Assembly: GCA_973895155.1 (NCBI GenBank)
Contig: OZ316897.1
Span: 2,867,416 to 2,931,415 of the forward strand
Direction: 5' to 3'
Length of the DNA: 64,000 bases
Origin: Marsupella aquatica
Taxonomy: Eukaryota > Plantae > Marchantiophyta
Position numbers and translations under genes: made by a program. Shown piece after piece: positions 22,168 through 37,153 of this stretch. Position 1 is the first letter of the stretch. Every line of letters begins with the position of its first letter. Under the pieces are notes generated by a model, which saw only the letters and a list, made by a program, of their open reading frames with translations, did not search any database and was not told where the DNA came from.

Positions 22168-24776
22168 TGTTATGTGACAAACTATATCATAACTCAAAGT
22201 ACACTTCAATCACCACACACTTCATAGATCTGCATTTTTGGATTGGGCTATTTCTTGTGTGTAGCACATTAGGATGTGTATGGACTGAAGGTCCATTTGG
22301 ACTGTTCTGCACTTTGAAATCCTCTGTAGGAGCGATTTGGTTAATTCCAGATTGTAGATCTGGGTCTAGACTTTGTGTTTTCTCCCCCTGAACATGGAAT
22401 TCTATTCTCTTTAGCGATTCCGGGGGGGCTTTTATGTAAATCTTTGTGTCCAATATTCCATACAGATATGCTGTGACAACGTCCATCAGGTGCATTGCCG
22501 ATTGTGTTTTTCACAATTATGTGGTACATGTTTGTGCCTGGGTGGCCAAGTCGATTATGCCATATAACAGTCAGGTTTTGGGCTATAGTTTCTGTGTGGA
22601 GTATATATGATCTGTGTAATGTATATACCCGGGGGTATACTGGAAGTATCTCCTTTACTACGTGAATCCATGTTTAGTCTTCTGGATGATGTGGAGGGCC
22701 TCATGTTTCTCACTTTTAATTGTATACATATGTGTGCAAGTGATTATCTAGGATATCTCTGAAGCTTATGAGATCTTCCAAGTTGCTTTTGGTGCATATA
22801 TAGCTGATGCTATATTAATAATTGTTCCTCTTGGGAACATTACAGTATCCGGGCCATGCCCCTCTTCTATCTGGTTTTGGCCAGTAATTGTTGTCATTAC
22901 TCTGTTTGAGGGAGTAATCTCGATGAAGTATTTTTCATCACGAAGAACGGAGTGTGAAGTTCCACTGTCTACGTACTATACAATTAATGGATTTCTCTGA
23001 GGTTTTAGCATCTGTGAAGATTGTTATAGTATGTGTCTCAGGTGAAACAGGGGCTTGGGTAAATTCTGTAATGTTATCATTCAGTTCTAGGAAGTTGCCT
23101 TGGAATGATGTAGAGGGTTTATTCAGGCGTTCTTGGTATAGCTTGACTAAATGGCTAGGCGCCCTACATTCATTTTGTAAGTGTCCTTTGGTGCCACAGC
23201 AAAAACATTGGGGAAAGTTGGGGTTCTTGTCTCTTTGAGAATTGAAGTTACTTCGACGTAGGCCGCGTCCTCTGCTACGACCCCGACCGTTTCCACAACT
23301 CCAGGTTTGTGTATCTTGCCATGTATTTGATGGAGAGTTGCCAAATTTGGAAGGTCTGCTTGCTCCTCTTCCAAATGAGTTTTGGTGGCTTCCTCTTGAA
23401 GATGAACGCCCTCTATACCCTCTGTTGCCACATCCTCTATAGTTTCCTCGTCTGCTATCATCAAAACTGTTAAAGTTGATTTCAGTTTGTTGTGGTGGTG
23501 GTGCAGTCCCAAGGGGTCTCGACTTCAAGTTTTCCAGCAATAAGATTTGGTATTTTTTGGCCAAGAGCATGTGCGCGATTAATTTGGAGTACTTTGTAAA
23601 GTTCATATTGCGATATTGTGATGATAGGATCAAATTAGTGGCATGAAAGGTAGATAAAGTTTTCTCTATCTGTTCATCATCTCCAACTGGTTTCAGACCG
23701 CATATATACAACTAGTTGTGATACAATTTGGAACAAGTTGGCAATGGTCGTATGGTCTTGAACTTGTAAATTTATCCAATCATGGCGTGCTGCAGGTAGT
23801 GAGATTTTTCTCATGTGATCATATCTCAATTTCAATTCTTCCCATAAGATACGAGGGTTAAGTTCATGTAGGTATTGGGTTTTCAAGGGTTCTACTAGAT
23901 GATGGCAAATTAAGACTATCGCTTTCGCCTTGTCTTGCAGGGTTACACCAACATCTATAAGGATTGCATCGTGTAGGTTTTTGGATGCTAAGTGATCCTC
24001 AATGTCCAGTGACCACGTGAGGTAGTTTGACCCATCGATGCAAAGTGCTTTGAAATTAAATTTTTGGATGGAGTTATTCATTTCTGTTCTTCAGAATGGA
24101 AAGTGTATGACAACTTGTTTGTGTACTGAATTGGTGCATGTAGGGGAGAAGATACTTAGGTGTTGGGTGGTCGATTGCTGGAGTTAGATGATGTTAGTGA
24201 GTGAGTAGGAAAAAAAAGGAAAGTATATGAGGGGAAGTTGGACTTCTGTGTTGGGCCTCCTTCTTCCAATTGATGGATTTGACAATTGACCCTCCAGTTC
24301 ACACAAATTCATCTCCAATTGATTTCCAAAATTGGACGATCTGGCATTGTTGTGCTTGTCTTGAAAGAAAAAGTCGTTGTTGAGTAGTCTGTCACCAACA
24401 ATCTGCCCTCATATCATCAACATTTTGCCATGTGTAAAAATTGGAAAATCCACTTCGATTGAGTTGCTTTGTGAATAGAGTAAAGTGTGATCGATCGTAT
24501 GAAATTAATGGAAGGATCGAGACCTCAGAGTTAACCTAGTCCCCCCCAAAACAAATTCCAATAGGCTTGTGCTGATAACGTGTTATGTGACAAACTATAT
24601 CATAACTCAGAGTACACTTCAATCGCCACACACTTCATAGAATCAAAATAGTGAATAAGATGTACATGATTGTCTATCTATATATAGATGGAGTATTGAT
24701 GGTTATGTAACTGCCTCTAAGTGTTTCTAAGGTTAGGTTTAGTCTCTTAAGTAGGGTTAGTGTTTTTCTCATAACA
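22168..24776 (-). mobile_element. Internally deleted Ty1/copia (Bianca-like) LTR retrotransposon
   Basis: AATAA TSD at 22163-22167 and 24777-24781. 5' LTR 24581-24776; 3' LTR remnant 22168-22228. PBS CGTTATCAGCAC. Gag FKALCIDGSNYLTW, zinc knuckle CFCCGTKGHLQNEC, WHNRLGHP, RT fragment MDVVTAYLYG. Confidence 0.9.
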
Positions 24777-26026
24777 AATAAATATTTGGAGACAAAAAAA
24801 CAACCTGGTGGTTTGGATGGGTTGAGAGGGGAAAGGCCCGGGTACGCTTGGGGGTTAATTCACTTTCACAAAAAGAGCACATCACATGCGGTGAAGGATA
24901 GTCATTTTATTGGTTCTAAGGGGAAACTCAATAATTTTCTCAGAAAAACAATAGGATCTTTTAAATTCAATTTTGAGACTTATAAAAAGATTAGTGTCTT
25001 TTTGATTTAAATTTGGGGAGTTATAGGGGTTTAAAACTAGTTTTTTTCTGATATTTTAGAGGGTCTAAGGCCTAAAAACAAAGGGGGAGGCCCCATTTAG
25101 TGAGACCCCTAGGGGCTCATTTGTGCAAAGGCAATGAAGGACAAAGTAATTGTTATGGAGAGCAATGCATCTTCATGTAGTAATATCACATCCTTATGTA
25201 CAACGTTATGTTATGGGAAGAGAAGTGGATTTAATAGTGTGAATGAGAAGTGGAGAGATGCTTTAGGATTTGACATTGATCACAACCATATACACTAACC
25301 ACCATTAAGGTACAGAGGTTATATAGAGCTTATTTAAATATCTTAGAAGGTTATATAACAAATATTTTTATTAAATCTTCCACCAAATTCTCAATATTAT
25401 ATAATATTTCAATTCAAACTTACATTATTGCAAGTAGATCATGCAATTTGACATCAAGAAATATTATTTACCTTGACTGAATTCTTACGGTTTGTTCAAA
25501 CAAACTATTGTAAATTAATGAATAATTTACCTTGTAGTTCTTATATTTTTCCCAGCAGAGAAGGAATGAGATTTGGTAGACTCTCTAGTACATAAATAGC
25601 ATAATATCTCTATCAAAGGTATTTGCAGCAAAGTTTTTAGGAATAATCTATGATAGAAATGTCAATCCATAGCTTATGCTAGTTTTGTGATACTCAAATT
25701 AGTTCGTGGACCCCTGACTACTGCCAATCAGTTTGAAGCTTAGAGGAAACTTTGTTGTCTGAACATTTTGACCTCCGATGCTCTCTAATTGGATAACCCG
25801 GAAAAGTGATCTCATCACAAATTCCACCCATCCATGCAATAGCAGCAACTCACTCAGATTCCAGTGCATAGCCTACATCAAGATTGATTCTATGTAACCT
25901 TCGTCTCCTCTCATTTTCTCCACTGGCTGCCTCGATACGCTAATAAATGATACCAGATTGACCACTGACCATATCATGACGCTCTGATTAAATTCAGATA
26001 ATCTATGAAGCTCTGCACCTTGTCTT

Positions 26027-26028
<2 letters not shown>

Positions 26029-26074
<46 letters not shown>
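26029..26074. repeat. (CT)n microsatellite
   Basis: Visible dinucleotide run. Confidence 0.95.
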
Positions 26075-26079
<5 letters not shown>

Positions 26080-26379
26080 TGAACCCAACCCAAACATTCC
26101 AATACGGGAATGTCATTTCTCGATTCTTTTTTTCATTTCTTCAAATACTTTATTGTCAGTAACTTTGAAGTTTGAGTCCAAATGGCTCTCAACCCATTTC
26201 TCAACTTATAAGAACCAATTGGGTCATGATCTCGTTTGTAATGAAAAATCTGCCAAAGTTAGATTCATTCTCAATGTTATGATTTTCTAAAATGCACATA
26301 AGGTTCATTGAGAGATGAGTGAGAAATTAAATCATGATTTTCTGAATTTCTGTTGCTTTTGAGTGAGCATCACATTGGT

Positions 26380-26915
26380 ACATTTTGTCAAGTATCAATT
26401 AAATCATGAGTTAATTAAATACCAAATTTTCTAGGTTTCCAATGAGCTTTAGATTGACAAATTTTGTCAAATTCCAAATTTGTTTTTGAATTTCTCTATC
26501 TTTCCAATGAATGCAACAGTAAGAAATTTTGATCCTGATTTCATGAATTCTTTTAGCTTTTCAACATTGAGTCTTGACAAATTTTATGTCAGATTTTGTC
26601 ATGGTATTAACGAGATCACGAGGTTTTCAATCTCTAGCTCTAGCTTTCTAATGCGTGACATTGGGAGTATTCGTTAAGAATTAGAGAGATCATGAGTATT
26701 CAAATTTCTCTAGCTTTCCAATGAACCTAACATTGATAGATTTTTTCAAGTACCAAGGAGAGGATGAATTTCTAAGTTTGCTCTAGCTTTCCAATGAGTG
26801 TGACATTGAGAGATTTTATCAACATTTAAGTACTAAAAGGTCACGAGTTTTTAAATCTTGATGTTGAGCTTTCCAATGAATCTAACATTGACAGATTTCA
26901 TCAAGTACCGAGGAG
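26380..26915. repeat. Degenerate tandem array (CTAGCTTTCCAATGA..ATTGACAGATTT core)
   Basis: Core recurs several times at roughly 60-80 bp spacing. Confidence 0.6.
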
Positions 26916-29853
26916 ATTGATTATTTAGTTTTACAATGTGGAGCCAAAGGCGGGGCCAAAGGGATTCTAACTATGTACATTTCTATCGACTGGTTTTAGA
27001 AACATCAGAATGGTAACTTTAGTTTACTAAATGACATATGTTCCTTTATATTCTGTTTTTTACGCTTAATACTTACGGCATGGCGCCCCATAATTTACAC
27101 AAATATAAACACAAACATGACAAGGACCTTTTTGTTTTCCAAAAAACTTGCTCTGTCCTGTTGTGACCACACATCCTAGTGCCAGGGAATTTGCAAGGGA
27201 CCCCTCATGGGGGTCCATAATTAAAAACACACCTCAGTAACTCAAATCGTATACAAAAGCACACTTGATTTGAAGAAATATGCTTTAAAGTTTTCTACTC
27301 ATATTTAGTCCATCAAAGTTGCCTTGAATGACCCATTTCCTTCTTTTTATCCATCCCCTTCAAGTATCTTGAGCCACCACATAAATATATTGTCACTATG
27401 ACTACTTCCAAAAATTAAAAAAAGAACATACATTTTCACGATGACTATTTTTTTAGAGAAAATAATAATCCTGTTAAAAGATGTCCTCCACAAGTGCCTA
27501 CTCGATATCCCAAAGGAGAAGCAATCTAAGGGATTCAATAAGCACTCTCTAGAAAGATACAAAAAATTAGATACACCCCCTCATCTAGTTTTGTCCCATG
27601 CTGTAGTACATGTCAAGACATTAAGAAGCATCTAGTTTTGTCCCATGCTGTAATACATGTCAATACATCAAACCACAATTGCCCCTATAAAGGGCTTAGT
27701 AGCTCTCATGATTGTAAAGTGCACAGGTTCAGAAATGGGCTTTGAGAAACCTTTATTTGGCAAGTGCTCCACAAAAGCTGCTGAGTGTTCCACTTTTTAT
27801 GGTGAGTAGTGAGAATGGGGCTCTTATAGTGGCAAGTGTGAAACTGGCATTATACCAGTAAAAAGTACTTAGTTTGAGGTTTTTACTCCAAGGTTTTATT
27901 GGGTTTTACTTGGCATATACAAGTAAAGTATTCAATTCAAGAGTAAACAAAATGAGAGTATATTCTTCTCCTCAATGTAAGTACTAATGAAAATAAGTGG
28001 GGCCAAGTTATAACAAGACAAAACATGACAAACCAAAGTATGGAGACAAATAATTATTTTGTGACAAAGATATCTTGGGGGACAAATATTTCTGACAAAG
28101 ATATCTTGGGGCCTTTTTTGGGCCCATGAGTGTATTTTTAATTATTATTTTTGTTTTTAGCATGTGTGGCAAATGTGAGTCCTCTAAGGTAGGGGAAACT
28201 AGGAATACTCTTTACCACTTTTTCATGGATTAGACCATGTCATCAGATTCCCTAGATTACTAAAGACCATTATATTCCGGCAAATGGGGTCCAATGATTT
28301 GGTAGGCTAATAGCATACAAAGAATCCAGCCAAAAGTGACAAAAACATTTTGGGGAGGTGGAATTTGGCAAAATTTGCACCTAAAAAATATGCTGGCCCC
28401 ATGACAACTTCAGCCAATTATAAGTACTTAATTAGTTCAGCAGGTAATTAAACCACAACTGCCCCTATAAAGTGCTCCTGCCCCTATGAAGGGCTACGGG
28501 TTACTCTTAGCTCTCATTGTAAAGTACACAGGTTCATGAATGGGCTTTGAGCTCAACAAGAAGTGGTGAGTGGAAAACTTTTATTGGCTCAACTGAAAGC
28601 TTAGTTATATTGTGTGATGGAGTGTAGAACCCTTATTGGCTGAACTGAATACTACTTGTTGGGCAAATAGGTCTCACTAAATGGGGCCTCCTAATTAAGC
28701 AAATTTAGTGAGAGCCACCTAAATATGCCCCATTTAGTGAGATCCACCTAATTTATTGAGTGAGAGTATTGTGACCCAAGTATATTTCTGTGCCTCTATA
28801 AGTATGCGGAGAAAACTATATGAGGAGAACATACTTTGGAGGCATTTTTTAGGTGGCCCCATTTAGTGAGACGTATATCTAATTAAGCAAAAGGTGGGTT
28901 GCAAGCAACACTTATTGTGTCCCATGCCCCAGCTGATGCCTTGGAGTCCGCTTTGGCAAAAGAAAGGAAAACAAAAAAGTAGATGAAGAATGAAAAGGAA
29001 AGAACATCTAGAAGTGAGGAGAATGAATTGTGAGAATGGAATGCCCTACTCTTGTAGGGCTCAGGGTTCTTCCTCTCGTGAGACCCGGAATACATGGCAC
29101 TACACTTGTCAAGTGGCTGCCTGGTACACTGATGCAAAATTACTTTCTTGAGGACCCAAGTTTTGAACCCAAGACATTTTCCTCGTCAGGATGATCATGT
29201 ATTGGTGACAAGAATTAAATACTCAAAATTTCATATAAAAAGAAATTAAGCTTTTGTGACCACCCTTTGGCAGGTGTCATTTTTTTGGCAAGTGCTCCAT
29301 AAAAGGTGATGAGAGTGTTCACCTTTTTATGGTGATTAGTGAGAGATGGAATTAATGGGGCTTTTATAGTGGCCGGAAATGGACAGTGTTTTAACTACCA
29401 ATGAATGACAGCGGCTTCCCAAAGAGATGAGCAGAAGGTCAAAAGTAGACGCAATTTTTCTTACGACAAATTAAAGCACCATGAAGACAATACATAGATA
29501 TCTAGAGATTTTAATTCACAAACTACCAGCAAACAGAAAATAAGCTTTTGGCAATGTCAACTCGAATATAGTGTGGATTTTGATCCAGCCAAAGATTATT
29601 GTGATCGAGGCAAAGTAAGTATACAACACAGGGAAACGTGCACTGTATTGAAGTGGGCAGGGCAAGAGACCTAGCAAGAGACAAAGGTGATCATTGAATT
29701 GATGCCAAATGAGCTATTTAATCATCAGACCCTCTTCAGTTGTAGGTTACGTCCGTTCAGTAGAAGGCCTTTCTTCTACCCTGTTCAGCAACACGGTGGC
29801 CAAATATGGATTATGTGCAAAGACGTTTAGAATTTGTTACAAGACGTAGCCAT

Positions 29854-30148
29854 TGTTGAGTATTGCTCTTAGTCTTGTAACTCTAGGGCTAACCATAGTT
29901 AGGCTAACTCAAGTTAGGACTTAGCATAGGTTAGCAGTGACGCTGTATCCTGTATGTAACCAGGGCTGATGCTAGCCTCTGGTGGATCTTTAGTTCATTG
30001 TTGGAATGGAGCAAGAGAGAAGTAAAGGTCTCTTGTTTTCCCGTGGACAGAGCCTCAGTCGTGAGGTGAACCATGTACTCGTTGTGTTGACTACTTTGTG
30101 TGGTGTTTCCATGTGCATGGTGTCTCGGGATAAGGATTATCCCCAATA
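29854..30148 (+). mobile_element. Solo LTR related to the copia LTR at 54516-54934
   Basis: TGTTG...CCCCAATA termini, near-TSD GCCAT/GCGAT, and a shared TTCCCGTGGA..GCCTC..GAGGTGAACCA..TTGTGTYGACTACTT block with 54745-54810. Confidence 0.7.
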
Positions 30149-30981
30149 GCGATACATACTACACTCTTTATAATATTTAGTCTCACACACTCTAATTACT
30201 ATGAGGTTAGATTTGAGGTAAGTGACGGTAATATATTAAGGTGTGCGACACTAATTGTGGTCACAAGTCAAAGAGTGTCACACACACTTAAGTTAAAAAA
30301 ATAGAATGGACAATAGTCAAAATTTGCTTATAAAAATTAAAAACTGTGCACAATATTTGATTACAATTTACAAAATTTACTACTGAGACAAAAACTTCAG
30401 AAATTTATAGCTCCTTCCATATTATACTACTCAAACATTGAGTAAACTTCAAAAATTTATAACTTTCTCACATAGCACAAAATATATTGCAGTTTGGGGT
30501 ACTCAACAATAGTGAGCAAACAAGATCTGTTCAATTTACTTCTATCAACTATGAATAACACATGCGGTTTCACATAAGCTACAACCTATCCCATGTGTCT
30601 CATCCTTGCAAGACGGCATACAGCCCCAAGAGAAGTGGGTTGAGTTGACTCTTCACCTGGTTCACCAACATCAGGAGCCTCAATATTAGCATCAATGTCA
30701 AGGTCAACTCGATTCCCTTCAAAATTCACTTGATACTTTGCTATGATATTCTGAAACTCAGGTGTAAGTTGATTTTCAGACTATACACCATTGATATTTA
30801 GAGACAAATCGGTGTTTGACATTGAATTTTTGTGCATAAGACATGCAATGTCTGTCAATAAAATTGTTCAATAAAACTGTTCACCTCAATTACAGTGTCC
30901 CTTGCCACCCTTGCCAATGTTAAAAACCAATATTTGCTTGGATTTATCAATTTCCCAGATGTGCCCCGTGTTCTAATCCCC

Positions 30982-33900
30982 TGTTATGAGGTAACTAGTC
31001 CTAGACCAGACTAGGAGGTTACCTTTACCATGGTTACCTCAAGACACTATATATACACCCGGTTGATCCCCAACCGAGTGATTCATTCATTCATTCATAC
31101 ATTCATTAATACATTCATTCAATCTCTCTCCCTCTCCAACTATGTATGAATCCTATATCACAACACGTTATCAGCACAACTCTAGGAGGCTGAGCACTTG
31201 AATTTTTTTTAGGGATTCGACAAGTGACAAAAATTAGACACTTGAGGGAATCCCAAGACAAAATCCCTTCAAGGAAACCTTCATTTGAGAGTCCATGTCA
31301 ACCTGGCGTTGGAAATTGATGGAGTATCCTCTGTGAGAAGCTGACTCCCAAGAAATTAGAAGAAACAAAATCAGAAGGAGAGGCTGATCAGACAAAGAGT
31401 CGAACCCCTGGATTGACCCTTATGGGATCATTAATAAAAGCTTTAGAGGAATTGATTCTGAAATGCAAGATTGAAAGTACGCAACATGATTTATGGAAGG
31501 AGGAGAAGAAACACTGCAGCGCAAAGTCCATAGAGAAACCAGGATAAAGCTTGGGCTAGAGTCAATCAATCCAATCAAAGAGACTTGATTGAATAGAGGT
31601 AGAGCACAATCAACAAAATTTCAATCAAGGTGAGATCTGAAAAGGCACCACACCCTATAGAGAACGAATGTTGCATTAGGGCTCAACAACCGGAGGGTGA
31701 AAAGGACTGAAGGAAATTTGAGGGATGGAAGCCTCATGAGAAGACAACACAGTGATCACGGACGCAGCCGCGAAGCCATGCAAAAGGGGGAGAATCGATG
31801 CACAAGCCCAAAATGGCAAAATTTGGACCAGGCTTTTCGAGAAACCATCGACAAAACTTGATAAGTTTAAAACCCCCATACTTGCAACTCATTATAAAGA
31901 GTATATTTACTTACAAAAGAATCAGATCACTTAAAGCATATTTTTCAAAGCTTTTAAATCACTTTAAGATACATGTGTAATCCTTAACATAAACCTAAAT
32001 CACAAGCTTACACTCTCATTTTACAAATGTGAATACTGTGTCTTTACACATTACCTACCAATACACATGTTGAGTTTACAAGCATTTATACACATTGAAT
32101 ACATATAACATGGTTGTTACACCATTAATATCACTTTCCACCATAGGGGGAGGAAAGCACATTGTACCCACAACTATCTCCCACCTCCTAATGTCATTTT
32201 GGTTCATTCACCTTCTAGTACCATTTGAACTTATACACCTTTTGGTATCATTTGATCTCATAAGATCCAAACGGACTCAGATAAGGGACTTTCCATGACT
32301 AACAAAGGTAAAGGTAGAGATGATTTGATAATGGGCAAAGCCCCTAATCTCATCTATACATGAGTTAATGAGGAGTTAATATGGGCAAAGCCCGTAATCT
32401 AACCCCTACATTCTTTTGATCAGTGGGCATTCCTATCGGACCTTACCTATAGATGAGTTTCAAATTTCAGAGATATTCCTCACACTCACAATTTCAAGAG
32501 AAAATAATATACATTTTATGCAGATCAATGGGAAGAAACTTCATTGTCTCTAACTTATCTACTCAAAAACTTAAACCAAACTCATACACTACAATGGAAA
32601 GTACCTATGTACTTGGCCATACACATAGTGATTAAGACCCAAAACCAGAATCTTATACTTTGATTAAAGTTTTATACACTTTTAGCATGCATGCCTTTAC
32701 AACTTGTACAAAAGTAAGACCACAAACCTCATCCCTTTGGACCTAGGATCATGTTCACCAGACAAAATGAAAACACTTACTCTAAGACACTGGACTAGGA
32801 TAAGGGAATTAGAAAACTAACAATGTTCAAGGTATGGTACAGACTCGGGGGGTTGACTATCAACAATCTTAGGAACCACGTGCGATCCAGAATAAGTATT
32901 TTTTATATAAATTAGCTAAATTTTTAAAAAGCATAGGAAACAAAAGAAGGTATTATAAACCTATATTTGTAGAATATTCTCTAATATATACCTTTTATAA
33001 AGTAAAATAGGTCATTAGTATTGAAAATAGAAAATATTTTTAGAATATTCCCATTATAAAATAGGTGTGTTTATATTAGGCTAGGATCGCACGTGGTACC
33101 CCAAAATATACACTAAGTTAACTCCCCGAGGGTATAGATGTTTGGATTATGGGCAAAGCCCCTAATCTCATCTAGTCAAGACCCAATGTGGGGTTAATAT
33201 GGGCAAAGCCCGTAATCTACCTTGATACACTCTTCATTTTGGGGAACAGAATAACATCGCGGACCAATGACACATTCACCTTTGTGTATTACTATTAAAC
33301 AAATCTCTTAGATTGAAACTAAAATTAAGACAATTTTCATCCCCACACCCAACATAGAATTAACGGGAAAACAAAATGAATTAAAGATGCAGACCAAGGG
33401 AAAGAAACTCAATTCTCTCAAAACTTATCTATTGAAGAACTTGAGCCCACCTACACCACAATTGTACGTACAACTAGTACTTGGAAACTAAACAGAGACT
33501 ATCCTCATATATCTCCGTACGAGGAGCCAAATAGTTTAGGGGGAGCATCTTATCTCCACATGTTACTCTAACTTCAAATCTCCCTACATGGCTATTCTAT
33601 GTCTCAATAATATTTTGAATCTACTTACATGGCCTACTACCCCATGTCTTGACACACTTGTCAAATTACCCCGTGATATTTGCAGACGTGCAGGTAGACG
33701 TGCCACTGACGGGAGACCTAACTTAACTGACACCCTCTGGTGTGATTCTGGTTCATACACCCTCTGGTGTAGCTTGAGACCTAACACCCTCTGGTGTCAA
33801 CAACCCTGTGTCCACTAGCACCTCTGTGCCTCCTGACACCTTCGTGTCCATCAGCACCACTATACTCTCAAATGAGCTTATTGCCATAGACTCTCCCATG

Positions 33901-34882
33901 ATAACATTGCCCCATCCTACCCACATATGGGTCTTTTATCTTGACTCTGGGTATTTCTAAATATGGTACTTGTACCATACCAAACTAGGACTTTTCTATT
34001 ATTTTTATAATAATACATGATTAGCATCCGTTGATGCAACATGTCTACTCCACACTTTGGAAAACTCTCATTTAGCAATTGGGCTAATTAGCACCTTCGG
34101 TATCAATCCAATGATCTGAAACATATAGGATAATGCCACTGCATCCCCACACAACCCACATTAATTGTCTTAATACCCCATGGTATTAGATAGCATAAGC
34201 CATACTAAAACATGACATAATTCCTCCAGCTACTAACCAAATTACTAATTATTTGGAACTTAGATTGTTTATTTGATGCAAGGCCATACAGGTGACCCAA
34301 ATTTCAAATGCGGAGAACTAGACAAAGTTTTTCATGAAGGCATTGACCCCTCCTGTCCACAGACACCACTGCCATGCAATTGAACTCCGAAGCTTACACC
34401 GCCTGATTACTACTGATTGACACATGATTGACACACACCACCACCGCGGTTCAACTCTCACATCTCACCAAGAGGACCAACTGGCTGTACTCTTTTTCCT
34501 TTAGGGTCATATATTTTATTTTTTCTCTACTACCCTGGTAGAGTTGTTTTTACCTCAATCTAGCACCGCTAAAGGTTTTAACGAGGCAGTCCACCTCTTT
34601 GGTCAATCAAACATACAAGTCTATAAGCATGGTGATAGATTTTCCTTACCTAGTTCTAGGACTAGTCTAGATTGTCTCCATAACTCCCATTATGTAGCCA
34701 AGGGGGAGTGTTATGAGGTAACTAGTCCTAGACCAGACTAGGAGGCTACCTTTACCATGGTTACCTCAAGACATTATATATACACCCGGTTGATCCCCAA
34801 CCGAGTGAATCATTCATTCATTCATACATTCATTCAATCTCTCTCTCTCTCTCCAACTATGTATGAATCTTATATCACAATA
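30982..34882 (+). mobile_element. Non-autonomous Bianca-type LTR retroelement (LARD/TRIM-like), 3.9 kb
   Basis: LTRs 30982-31165 and 34709-34882 are near identical. TCCCC TSD, PBS CGTTATCAGCAC 31166-31177, PPT AAGGGGGAG. No gag/pol ORF recognised. Confidence 0.9.
32844..33130. mobile_element. MITE with 8-bp TSD nested in the LTR element
   Basis: TIR CTCGGGGGGTTGACT / AGTTAACTCCCCGAG, inner CCACGTGCGATCC inverted pair, TSD GGTACAGA/GGTATAGA. Confidence 0.8.
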
Positions 34883-35008
34883 TCCCCACATTTTTTGGGT
34901 CTTCATTTATCATTTTTTGAAGAGCAATGAGGATAAGCCAAAGGAGATGCAGATTAATTACCAGACACTAACATTTTGAGATAGTCTTGATTCTCTTTCC
35001 CTTGCTCT

Positions 35009-35275
35009 AGCAAATCCATTCTAGCCAATCCATTCTCTCCATGTTATCAATATGTCAACCTCTTTTCACGAAGATTGATATTAAGTTAAAACATAAAGAA
35101 ACTTTCTAAGAATATACACACAAAGAGAGATGTTGTTGGTAGCCAATCCATTCTAGCCAATCCATTCTCTCCATGTTATCAATATGTCAACCTCTTTTCA
35201 CGAAGATTGATATTAAGTTAAAACATAAAGAAACTTTCTAAGAATATACACACAAAGAGAGATGTTGTTGGTAGC
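35009..35275. repeat. 132-bp direct tandem duplication
   Basis: CTAGCCAATCCATTCTCTCCATG...GATGTTGTTGGTAGCC occurs twice (35021, 35153). Confidence 0.9.
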
Positions 35276-37153
35276 CTGACAAACTTTGGAGTGGGTCCAG
35301 TTTAGAGTTATCACCAATAACATTGTCACCCCTAATTATCAATATTTTTTAATATATTAAAATTTATTTTTCAAATTAAGGGTGGCTGTAAGTAATGTCA
35401 CTTGGCTGAAAACCAAGGGCTACCCTAATTAGTGTGTGTGAGACTAATTGTTTCACCACACTAAATAGTGTAAAGAGCGTAGGTGGAGCGCCTAGTTAAT
35501 TCCGGTTTCCACTTTCATCCTGGTCGACGTGAAAGTTGGTGAGTCTTTGATTGAAGTTCGATTTCCCACCCACCCGCTCAACACCAACGTTGTAAGAGAA
35601 GATCGAAACGATTGAGAGCTCAGCAATCTCGTTGATAGCACTCTCAAAATTTCTAGCCTATCATAAGGTCTCCATGTTGTAGTCGTCCGGCCACTTGATA
35701 TATTGGCAATGCATTTTTCGGGCCAGTATATCTAGGCTTCCACTATCGATCATTCGCAGCGTATGTGACAGCTACAGTAGATCTCGCATGCGACAGCTAG
35801 ATCTCAGCCGACCGTTATAGAAGAATTGAAGCTCATCGATGGACGGAACGAGTGGAAAGCTAGTAGGAGCCGGTATGTTGATGAGCAACTGCAAAGATTA
35901 ACGAAAATTGAATTTGCAAAGTTGTGACTCAAAAAGCAGACGTCCGATTTTGACTCTGACGTGTGCCGGGTGACTACGGATCATATCAAAACAATTCCAC
36001 GTTCAATAGATTTCTGGCCCTGTCATTATTTTGGTTCATGTTCGATGAAGTAGTAGTTCCGGAGCTTCGCGATCCGTTGGACTACGGTAGCAAAACCAGA
36101 TCGATCGCCGCTCATATTCAACAGTGTGCTAGAAACGCCTTGCGTGTTCTTTCTTGATTGGTAGGGTGTTTCTTCCACGCAGACTTTGAGTGGGCTGTTT
36201 TGTCTTGAAATTTTACACCCTAGCGTTGGATATCAAAGCAGTTAGTTGCATGTACCGGTCCTAGATAAATACCGACTGAATCGCTTGTCCACGCATATAT
36301 GACGCGCGACCTTGCTCAATCATTCTATCTAGTGAACATGGTCAAAATATGTAAAGCAGCAAATTGTTGAACATCGTACTCTCATTCAAGACGACCTTGC
36401 TCAATCATTCTATCTAGTGAACATGGTCATAATATATAAAGCAGCAAATTGTTGAACATCCTACCCTCAAGAACTTACTGCAGTTGAAATGCACCGCTAT
36501 GGAACTCACAGAAGTCGTACGGAAAAATATAATCGAGCAGATCATCAGTAGATTTATTCTAAGTTCAAATCTGGGGGTTACAAGTGCAGATCAGTAACTC
36601 CTTTTAGTGGGTTTACTGATATGTTCACAACGGTAGGCAGTGCCTCACTTACGACACTTTCTGCAACTTCCTGTTTACCAAAGGACCTTCTCACCTCTAC
36701 ACATACTGCCCAGCGGCTTACAGCCTCGATCAGAGCAACGGCAATAACAGAATCATGGTATTCCACATTGTCGGACCGGCCGGCCTCCCTCTACGAATGC
36801 GCTGGCCCATGCATGATGCAGTAAGTGCCGCTTTTATCAACCCTTCGTACACGTACATTCATTCTAGGACGATACGTATTTCGGATTGAGCTGCCTATCT
36901 CTCGGAGCCCTAATACCATCGCTGTTCTAGGACGAAGACATCTATCTATGTGCAGAGTGAATATACAAGTCTGGCGAAACAACTGTTTACTCGGTTAAAC
37001 ACTCGGTCGTACATCGAACAAGTGTTACAAATATGTTCGGCCGGCAACGAAAATTGGTAGTGACAAAGAAAAAGCTGCGAGATGCATCTGAAATTGAATC
37101 GGAGTCGAAGAGGCGCTCTCTTGACAGAATATTTGAATTCGTAAGCCAATCTC

